From: Cystobasidiomycetes sp. EMM_F5
Lineage: Eukaryota
NCBI GenBank assembly: GCA_051047955.1
Contig: JBPGPT010000008.1
Location: forward strand, 310,001-374,000
Direction of reading: 5' to 3'
Length of the DNA: 64,000 bases
The notes below the pieces were generated by a model that was not told the DNA's origin, ran no database searches, and was given only the letters and a program-made list of their open reading frames with translations. Below are positions 1-10,249 of this stretch, one piece after another; positions within the stretch are counted from its first letter, which is position 1, and every line of letters starts with the position of its first letter. A program made the position numbers and the translations under genes.

Positions 1-3000
1 GTTCTATTTGAATACGCTCATTTCAGTCCGACGTCTGGAGCGTTTTCTGGCCGAAGAAGAAATGCAAGACTCTGACAACCTGCGCGGGTCGAGCAGACAT
101 GACAGATCGATTGCCTTTGACGAAGCAGTCTTCGTGTACCCTCAGCAGGACGTGCCTGACGAATCGGCAGGCAAGCCATTTGAATTGCACTGTCCTTCTT
201 TCGAGATACCGACAGGCAAACTTTCGCTTGTTTGTGGTGGAAATGCAAGTGGGAAATCCACAGTTTTGATGACCTTGCTTGGGGGTGAGTCTTCTCAGCA
301 AAATTTTCATAATATGCACTGAGTCTGCATCTTCAGAAACGGATTGCCTGTCCGGCAGGCTGATCAGGCCAAATTACCCCGGAGCGTATGCATTGGTCAC
401 ACAGGACTCGTGGCTGGAGCAAGCTACCATCAAGGACAATATCCTATTTGGCGCGGATTACGATGCGGAACGTTTTGATGCTGTCTTGGACGCTTGTGCA
501 CTTAAACCGGATCTTGCTCGATTCGATGCTAGAGAAGACACCGAGATTGGTGAGAGGGGAATCAGTTTATCTGGAGGTCAGAGAGCCAGGGTGGCGCTCG
601 CAAGAGCGGTCTATTCCGCTGCAGGAATTGTTTTGCTGGATGATCCGTGCGCACTGCTTTCGCTCATTGCCAGTAACGTCATGGCTCATTCATCCTGCCA
701 GGTTATCTGCTGTGGATGCACATACAGCAAAGCACATTGTGGAGCACTGCTTCGCAGGTCCTTTAATGGCAGGACGTACTATCGTGCTTGTCACCCATCA
801 CGTCAAGCTATGCTACGGGCGTGCCAGCTTGATCATTCGATTGGAAGATGGTCAGGTAGCTGTGACAGATACCGTACGGCTGGAAGCTGTCACTACTGCA
901 TCAGAGCCTGCGCTTGATGTCGACTCCGAGAACGAAACGCTTGTCGTGAGCGAATCAACAAAGGCTGCCAGAACGACTATGCCAGCAACTCCAGCCAACG
1001 GAAGTCTGATTACCAAGGAGAACAGAGCTGAAGTAAGGCAGTCTTGCTTACCAGACAAATGTCACTGACGTCACCTCACAAGGGCTCTGTCAAATGGCTC
1101 GTCTACAAAATGTATTTAAAGGCAGCAGGAAAGGAGACCTGGATCGGAATATTGACCTTCCTCCTCCTTGGTCGGATTCTAACTATCACGCAACAGCGCT
1201 TTCTTGAAAGATGGGGAGAGAGCTATAACGAGAGCAGGCTTCCTTGGCTTCCTCCAGCTTCGCAAAACGTCAATCCGTGGTTATTGTCCTACTTCGGCTT
1301 TTCGTTGATTTCTGCCACAACTTACCTCGGTCGGCTCGCCTTTACGTACCACGGTAGTTTCAAAGCTGCTCGAACACTTCTGTACATCTGTCTTCTGCGT
1401 GTAGTCAATGCGCCTAGTCGATGGCTCGATGAGAACCCGACAGGACGCCTCATCAATCGATTCACTGCTGACATAGGGAGCGTAGACAACACCATCAACC
1501 AGAGCGTTACGGCAGTCTTTGACGATCTCATCGGAGTGGTTGGATCACTTGGAGCGGTAGTATACGTAGTCCCCAGGTTCATTGTCTTCGCGGTCGCAGC
1601 CATCGTCCTGTATAGCATCATCGCATCTCCCTACGTGGCATGCTCGCGAGATCTCAGGCGACTCGAGAACAATCACAGGTCTCCTCTTTTCAGTCGCTTC
1701 GGGGGCCTACTACGAGGCCTCAAGGTTGTCAGGGCATTCGGCCAGCAGGCACGTTACGTGGATTTACTCAATTCCGATCTGGACCTCTTTCAGTCCATGG
1801 ATCATTTTTTCTGGACAGCTCGCTTCTATCTGTCCCTACGCTTCGACATTGTCGGGGCCCTTGCTGTATATGTTCTCACGCTTGTCGCACTAGCGGGGGG
1901 AGTATCGCAAGGATCAGCCGCCTTCGCTATCATACTCGCAAATCAGTTCGTATACTACCTGCATGCCTCTATTTGGAGCTATGCAAAACTTGAGCTGGAC
2001 GTCAATTGTAAGCATGCCATCTTCGAAGGTCTAGCATCAAACTGATCGTGACCATTGAACAGCTATCGAACGCATTCACGAGTAAGCGTGATGATCTTTG
2101 CTCGTGCATGAGCTGAACGTCTCGCAGCTTGATGGAAACGCCGCAAGAGCCACCAAGTCATATCGAAGGAGCCCGTTTGCCGGCCCACTGGCCGGCTACT
2201 GGCTCAATACACGTTGAAAATCTAGCTGTGCGCTATGCGCCGCATCTCCCCCTAGCCCTTAATGGCATCAGCTTCAGCGTCAGCCCCGGACAGAAGATTG
2301 GCATTGTTGGTCGAAGTGGAAGTGGCAAAACTAGTAGGTTCCCATGACTGAAAGTGTATGTTGGCTGAGGGGCAATGTCATTGCAGCTTTGGCACTGAGC
2401 TTTCTGCGTATAATGGAGCCGGCTGCAGGCAGCATCCTGTTAGTATGCTGAGGAGACTTTCTGCCAATGCTAGCTGACTCCGTGAGGCAGTATTGACGGG
2501 GTTGACATCGCCGGCATAGGGCTAGCTGATCTCCGTCAGAGAGTAGTGAGCAACAATACCGCATTCATCTGATTTGACAGATGCTGAGTCAAAGAATCAG
2601 ACAATCATAAGTCAGGATTCGACGTTGTTCGAAGGATCAGGTCAGCGTAACGTAGTGATGGTATTCGATTAGTGCTGACGCTCGACTCGCTACGACAGTA
2701 CGTTCAAACCTGGATCCAGACGACCGGCATGCCGACCATGAACTATGGAGTGTCCTCAAGCGAGTCGGTATGCACGTAGACAGCATCGATGCAGCCGTGA
2801 CAGCGGGTGGCGAAAATTTCTCCCAGGGTGAACGCCAGCTTGTGAGTGTCGGGCGCATAAAGATCCGTGACGGCACTGAATGGCGGAATAGCTCTCCATT
2901 GCGAGGGCTGTTTTGCGGAGATCCAACGTCTTCATTGCAGATGAGGCAACGGCCAGCGTGTCCTTTGAGACGGACGAAAGGGTCCAACGTACGCTTCGAA

Positions 3001-3274
3001 CGGAGCTGGCTGGTGCGACTGTCATCACCATTGCTCATCGTCTGCGTACAGTCATAGGTAGGTATATTGATTGCCACAACGGCATACTGCAGATAATTAC
3101 TAAACTCCATCCGCATATACAGATGTCGACCGTGTTCTTGTCATGCAAGATGGCGTTCTCCAAGAGTCCGGAGCGCCAAGAGATCTACTCAAGGACAGCT
3201 CGTCCGCCTTTTACAAGCTGTGCGAGCAGAGCAGCGAGTTGGATGAGCTTACTCGGCTGGCGGGAATGCAGTAG
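1..3274 (+). CDS. ABCC/MRP-type ABC transporter (Ycf1/Ybt1-like), 5'-partial, multi-exon
   Basis: NBD1 has GGNASGKS, GISLSGGQRARVALARA and LLDDP|LSAVD. TMD2 has NPTGRLINRFTADI and RDLRRLE..RSPLFS. NBD2 has GRSGSGKT, NFSQGERQL, ADEATASV and TIAHRLRTVI. The last exon ends ...LAGMQ-TAG at 3274. Confidence 0.93.
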
Positions 3275-3403
3275 TAGTTGCGCAGCATCAGTGAAGTAGA
3301 CGTATTGCATTCTACCGAAACGAAGCATCGTTGTATAACCTAGTATGCACTGGCCGTCTTGTATCTCTCGAAGCACGATGTCCGCTTGCCAACATGGCAT
3401 GAT

Positions 3404-5695
3404 ATGGCGACCGCTGCCGTCGGGCATCGACCTGTCCACGATACTGACACCAAGATCAGAAAAGGCCACCAGCATGGCAAGTCCAGCTCGTCGAATACCA
3501 GTCAGGCGAACACGTTGGCGTGAGTTGGATATTTGGCGTAAATGGCTTCGGGCTGGCTAATCAAGACGAGCAGGGATCTTTCCACCTGTGTGAGGAGGAC
3601 ACGCGGTAGCAGCATACCGCCGCCGCTCGTGGGCTTCTCATCGACCGTCATTGGCGACCACTTGTACATATTCGGCGGCCGCTTGGTCCAAGTCCGGCGC
3701 ATGGTCAGCGACCTCTGGGCACTGGATCTGCATACGCTGGTTTGGGAGAAACTATGGCCGCCGTTTAATGCAGAAAGTGGTCAAGACGCAGAGTCTGAGG
3801 CCGCAAGCTATCCGCAACCTCGCTACTTCCACAGGTATGTGGCGCAACCCCTCAGGAGCATGCGGAGAGTACTGAAGACTTGTCCACAGCGCAGATGCTT
3901 GGGGTACAAAACTTGTCATCTTTGGCGGAATGGGCCAGACGACAGAATCGGCGTCTACACGCGGAGAAGAGGATTCTACAGGTGACGCTCCATCAGACCC
4001 AGCACTATCTGTGCTGTCAGACCTTCTCGTTTATGACACGATGGAGAAGGCGTGGTCCTCCCACATTCCTGTCGTGCAGCAAGGCATAGAGCAACCAGCG
4101 GCTAGATATGCACATCTGTCAGCAATCACAAACGGCTGTCTGGTCATAGTGGTGGGTGGCCATGCGTGCGATGCAGAGCGTACAGCTAGGCTGACCACAG
4201 GAATCATGGTATTAGGGCGGTCAAGACATACTCAACCACTACATTGAGCAAATCACCATCCTCGAGCTAGCAACAATGACATATAGACAGAATAGCGGAT
4301 GGGAAGGTCATGTCGGTACATACAGAAGTATTGCAGTGTCGCGAAGTATCAGTGTGATACAACCCTCGAGAACAGAGCAGGCAGAAGATCCGCTGAAGCC
4401 AGATCACGACCCTGCTCCACAGCTCTCATTTTCGATTCCGGTCCAGGAGTGCGAGCCCGTCTACACATTCACAAATTACAATTTTGCGGATGTGCGCCGT
4501 GAGCTAGACATGATTTCGGCACCTTCGGGCCCAGAGTGGAACAGTAAAGTCGTGCCACTCTCTGACCGAATGATTGGAATGCCGACCCTTCCACCCGGCT
4601 TGCGCTTTCCTACGGCCTCCATGGTTGGCAATCATATGGTCCTGACAGGAACCCTCATTACTCAGCAGATCTCGAGCTTTGCCATCTGGACTCTTGATCT
4701 AGGCAAGGTAGCAGATCCGAAGCAGGCAGAAAACGGCGGCAAGCTACTCTGGCAGAAGGTCGATGCAGGCTCTGCATTGCGAAGCGGGTCTTGGAATCGA
4801 GCAGTCGCCTGGAGGAACACTGTCGTGGTGCTTGGAGACCGTGATCGCGAAATTGCCATTGACTACAACAAGCGGCAGAACAATTTCACCCACGTCGCAC
4901 TGGTGGATCTTGAGGTATGATATTGGGAACCTCATATGCAAATTGAGAGCATAAGCTCACCTGTGGCTGTTCCAGACCTTTGGCGTGTATCAGCCGCCGC
5001 CAATCATACTACCGCACGCTGCACAAACACTAGCTTTAGGCCTTCTCGACCTGCCAGTCTTGGCGGACTTTGAAATCGTCTGTACAGACGGCGTCAGACT
5101 ACCGTGCAGCAGGCAGATATTGGTTGAGCGGTGGCCGTGGTTTGCAGAACAGCTGGTCCTGTACCGCCAGCGGCTATCGGGAATACTCGATTCGGACGAG
5201 AAGCTAGCGAATGGCTCCAATGACAATATCGGCAAGCCTTCACCTGAAGAGACTGCCAGCACAAGCAAGACTGGCAGCGGTCAGACTCAAATATCGCCTC
5301 ATCAGCTTGTGTTTACTGAAAACAGCCGGGTCGGGTACGCTATCCTCCAGTACTTTTACGCTCTGGACCTCGTTTCTCCGTTACATCTATCGATGGCAAC
5401 TCTCGCATCGATGCTACTGTTTGCTCGCAACTTCGACTTGAGTCATCTCCGCGCCTTGGTCGCGCACGCCATGCATTCCGCCCTTACATCGGGACCAACG
5501 AGTGCGGCTGCGATATATGAGGCTGCGACAACAGGAGGTTGCATTGCCTTGCAAACGCGAGCATTGAAGGCGATGATGAGCGTGAGTCCGGTCGTCTTGT
5601 GGGCTGGTCCATCTGACGCTTGATACTGGCAGCATTCCTCTGGAAAGGCGGCCAAGCCGCGTCCACCAGCTTTGGAAGGTCTGCGCAAGGTGTAG
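3404..5695 (+). CDS. Kelch-repeat + BTB domain protein (Mds3/Pmd1/Ral2-like)
   Basis: Kelch motifs PPPLVGFSSTVIGDHLYIFGGRL, PRYFH, ARYAHLS and LPPGLRFP; BTB-like ADFEIVCTDGVRLPCSRQILVERWPWF. Start (MATAAVG) and end inferred by splicing gtgagt..cag introns. Confidence 0.8.
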
Positions 5696-5899
5696 GCCAG
5701 ATGAGAGGCCTTCGTGCCGGCGGGTTGCGGGGCTACTGACGTAGTTGCAGTGGAGTACACAAGTTGTAGGGAATTGGAAAGTGCAGCAGGCAATGCATAC
5801 TCGGTCTATCATCATGTAATGCGTAGTGTGCAGTGCAGTCTGCTCGCAAGTGTTCCGTTAGCATTTCCTTTGAAAATGCCGCCATTTCTGACCATGCCA

Positions 5900-5980
5900 A
5901 CGCGTAAATGGATTGGTGGCGCAGGGTAAACAAGATTAGCTCTTGCCTTTGAAGCGCTGCTTTGACGCCAACTGCGCGAA
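5900..5980 (+). promoter_or_regulatory. MCB-like elements (ACGCGT at 5900, CGCGAA at 5975) upstream of EXO1
   Basis: Motifs are visible 90-170 bp upstream of the EXO1 ATG. MCB boxes drive G1/S DNA-metabolism genes in yeasts, but hexamers can occur by chance. Confidence 0.35.
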
Positions 5981-6069
5981 TGGAACAACATGCTACGACT
6001 CTGCGTATGCTAGCATTACTATGAGTCTGCTGCTCAGTGCGTGAGACTCGACCGCGCCGTCGGACAGCA

Positions 6070-9000
6070 ATGGGCATTCAAGGACTGCTCCCGCTGCTGC
6101 GAGAGTGCCAGCAGTCTACGCATCTCCGGCACTTTAAAGTGAGCTCGTGCACGCTAACGAGGGCTGTATGGTCCTGCCTCGCGAGTTCTGGCGCAGACTT
6201 ACAAACCCGCGACTGTTTCAAACAGGGCCAAACGCTGGCCATTGATGCGTACGTCTGGCTGCACAGAGGAGCGTATGGATGCGCAGAGGTGGGGATGTAT
6301 TCTTGATTGCGCTCGTATGGAGCTAAGTGCTGGCAATGCGGCCTCGTATCGGTCAGGACGTCGCGACCGGGAAGCAGACTGTGAAATGTACGAAAGTAGT
6401 CGCGTGGAAGCCTGCGAATCTCGGCTTATTGCTGACTTTGCTGCCGCATTGCAGACATACAGTATGCTATGCACCGTATCCGCCTCCTCAAACACTACGG
6501 AATCACTCCCTACGTCGTGTTTGATGGAGGCTTGCTTCCCAGCAAGCTGCGCACAGAGCGCGATCGCGAAGGGTATGATATACATGATATACGCCGATAC
6601 AATGTCGTCCGATGCACTTACGACCGTCCCTCAGCATCCGCACTGAGGCACTTGCTCAGGCCTCCGCCCTTGCGAGCCAGGGCAAACACGCGCAGGCACG
6701 CGACTTTTACGTCAAGGCTGTAGATGTCACGCCGCAAATGGCATATCAATTGATTAAAGTATGTTGCCCTCCTTTGAGAGGTCCACAGGATGTCTGCCTG
6801 CTTATATGTCGACATGCAGGCTCTGCGAGCAGAGAACGTGTCGTACGTTGTCGCGCCATATGAAGCGGATGCACAGCTTGCATACCTCGAAAAGCAAGGC
6901 ATTGTAAACGGCATCATTACCGAAGATAGCGATCTTCTGGTATTTGGCTGCCGCAACGTGCTCTTTAAGCTCGATTCGGATGGCGCATGCGTGCAGATTG
7001 AGCGTGACAACTTTACCCAATGTCGCGAGTTCAGCTTTTCCGGATGGTCAGATGTGGAGTTCCGACAGTGCGTCTATCGTTTTCTATTCGGCTCAACTGA
7101 CCACCAAGATCGTTCCTTTAGCATGGCCATCCTGTCTGGATGCGACTATCTCGTCAACATACCAGGACTGGGAATCAAGAAGGCGCATGGGTTAATGCGC
7201 AAGTACAAATCTGCGGAAAAGGTGGAGATTGAGCATGTGAGACGTTTATGGCAGCAAAGACTAATGCTCTGCGATTTGTCTCCGAAGGCCATCCGCTTTC
7301 TGCGATTGGATGGCCAATTCAACGTTCCTCAAAATTACGAAAAGGAATTTAAGCGTGCAGATCTTACTTTTCTCTACCAACGCGTGTTTGATCCAGAAAC
7401 ACAGCGCCTGACTCATCTCAACACGCTTCCACCTCATCTTCGGAAAGAAGGAGCAACGCTTGAAGCACTTAGATTTGTAGGCCCGTAAGTCGAATTGCTG
7501 CATCATCAAGAAGCACGCATTCTGTTTCAAATCTGATTGTCTAGCAACAGTGACCTGACACCCGAGATGGCAGTGGGCATAGCAACAGGCGAAGTCTGCC
7601 CGCTATCACGAGCGAAGATGATTGATATCGTACCGGATGCGGTCGTGCCAGTATTGCAGACTGACGTTGCAAGTGCTGCCGGAACCAAATCCATCAAAGA
7701 CTTCTTCAGTGAGAATATGTGACCTCATATGGTTTGCTGCAATTCTCTGAGTGTTGTGTTACAGAGCCGATTCCTGCTGCGCCCGTTGCTAAGCGCGCTG
7801 CTATCCCAGAAGTGAAAGGCGTGGCAAATCTGTTCACCGGACTGGCGTCGACGAAGGACGGAGCTCCGCAACTCAAAAACGCACCGCTCGTGAAGAGCCG
7901 CTTCTTTGCTGCAGTTGGCGCTGCATCTGCTGCCGCAGGTCCTGCTCGGACTACCCAGCCTGCGGAGTCTGCAGTCAGCTCATTCAGCGCTATAGCAGAT
8001 CTGGAGGCGACACCGGCCACGCAGCCGGCACATTCTCATAAGGTAGCGCATGAGCGCGAGCCCGCAGGGGCGAACTTTGCTTTGCATTCATCACACACCT
8101 TGACTACAAAGGTTTCAGCACCGTTGGAAGCATACTGCAGCCTAAGCGATCAGAATATGCCGGACCCTACGGAACCGGAGAGGTTTGCCACACCCGAGTC
8201 AGACTGCTTGTATACTGACCCCGTAAGGATGCCTCTGTCCGAAAGCGGACTCTCGCATATATCGAGTCCTGGTAACATATCGTCTCACGACAAGGCGCGA
8301 GCCAAGGTGGAAGTTTGCGACAGCGGCCGTGATAATCACTTCGAGTTTTCAGATGGAGTGACCATCATTAGTAGTCCCGGCATGGCGGTCGACTCAATTC
8401 AAGCTACGGGAAAGAGAGGACCGCGAGACATATCGGTTGACCGCGTGTTCAATCCAATCTCTCCCAGTGCATCTGCAACGCATGGTTCGCGTCTTAATGC
8501 GCGTGAGAGTCCCTCGCTCTCCCCCGCTCAGCGACAGGTCAAAGGCAAGAAGCGCGCATTGTCTGACGCTTTGGAGTGGAGCAGTGATCTCGAGCACAGT
8601 ACCGCTAGTCAAGGCGGCGTGGTCCGGATGTTTACTCGGCCTATTTCTTTACCAAAGCCGCAGCTGTCGAAAAAGGTCAAATTGCCGAGACGCAATGCGG
8701 TGACCACTCGTCGCCAAATATCGGCTGTAGAAGCAGAAGACGGAACCACGCCAGGGTCAGCAGACATTTCCGCAGACATTAAGAGCGTAATGTCTAGCTG
8801 GCGTGAAAAGTATTCCAGTACTTTGGCACCACTCGTCGTAAGCCCGTCCCTTTGGCCATGGTAAACTCGATGCTAACATTGGATTATTCTCAGAAGGAGC
8901 GAAGTCGGTCAACGTCTGTGCGGCTCGCTCGTGCTGCACCGCGAGTAATGGCGAATACACCTCAGCTTGTACCAGCGGGCAGCTCGCCTTCGCAACAGCA

Positions 9001-9142
9001 GGATTCTGGATTTTGCGCCATCTCAGACACTGAGCTTAGCCCTTCGAAGCTATCTAGGCGCACTGTTGATGCACTTAACTGCTTCCGCTTCGCCTCGTCG
9101 TCATCGTCCTCTGATATTCTCGCGTCCTCGAATTCCAGCTAG
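6070..9142 (+). CDS. EXO1: Exonuclease 1 (XPG/Rad2 family)
   Basis: MGIQGLLPLL, AIDAYVWLHRGAYGCA, PYVVFDGGLLPSK, VAPYEADAQLAYLE, ITEDSDLLVFGC, ILSGCDYL, FLYQRVFDP; MIP-box-like KSRFF in a disordered C-terminus. Confidence 0.95.
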
Positions 9143-9315
9143 TGCGAACGTAAATTCCCAACACATTCTGTAGCACAACCCAAGGCGTTCTTGGTCACTA
9201 TTGCAATGTAAGTATTGATGTATAAATAATGCATGCACGCATCTCTGGGCGTCGACAAATCTGCGTGATGACGTTACTGCCATTAAGGTAACGCTCAGCT
9301 GTCATTTTCTCTTTG

Positions 9316-10015
9316 CTACTCCGTGCACAGATGCAAGATCGATCCCTGGGTGACCTTTGCGCACATCAAGGTCAGCTCCGCTATACCTTGCCCTCTGAGA
9401 AACGCACGCCAACAGATCCGAGGGTTACATCAGCAGGCGACAATTCCACACCTCCGAAAATCAAACGTTGATGTTTCGGTCTGATGAACTCTGTACCGGC
9501 AATCATGTGCTTCACCTCCTTCACTGTCGTGGAATCTGCAACGGACAGGGTGATTTTCGCGCCAGCTGAGATGCGTGTGTGTGAGAATTTTCGTGGATAT
9601 CGTGCAAAACCAAAACGTACAAAGAGTTATCACTCCGATCGATCCCTTCCACGCCTTTGAGACAGGTTGCCATGTCTTGGTTTCTGTCGATACAAGGATG
9701 TCAAATGTGACATTGTCATCGCGCGAAGAGCGGAGCCCCACCCTTGACACTCATCGTTTTGTCTGCAAGGGCCGCATCTGCATCAGCAAATACCTCCGTG
9801 AAATGTGTGACGGCTGCGATCCAGGCTGTATCGTCCGATAACTCGACGTTGCGTCCATTGATACGGATATACAGCTTCACCACTGGCAACATTGCCAGAC
9901 CGAAGGCATTGCAGTACACGAGGCGTGCCTCTTGAAGGGTGGCTGGTTTTGCGACGAGGTGGGAACGTGTTCCGTCCGGGCTTACTAAGCACATCAGCGG
10001 TTGTGAGGTGGACAT
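9316..10015 (-). CDS. Small protein with a C-terminal ubiquitin-like domain (no terminal GG) and an unknown N-terminal domain
   Basis: The spliced model gives ...GSIGVITLSGAKITLSVADSTTVKEVKHMIAGTEFIRPKHQRLIFGGVELSPADVTLGSVG|VTQGSILHL, which aligns by eye to ubiquitin (VKTLTGKTITLEV...QQRLIFAGKQL...STLHL). The 3' end is uncertain. Confidence 0.7.
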
Positions 10016-10249
10016 CCTTTGAACAGTGCGGGGTGTATGTTGGCGCGGAGACACGCTGATGAATACCGCTGATGATGCTCCTTCGCAATGAAGAGATTGG
10101 AACGACATTGAAACATTCGCAGCCGCGATAGCGCCGTTGATTTGAACCAGTTCCGTCGGTGAGCTCGGACCTTTCGCCTCCACGTTAAACCGCATGGGCA
10201 TCGTTGAACAAGGTGCAAGAGGGCAGGAGCCGCACTTGCATTCACAACC

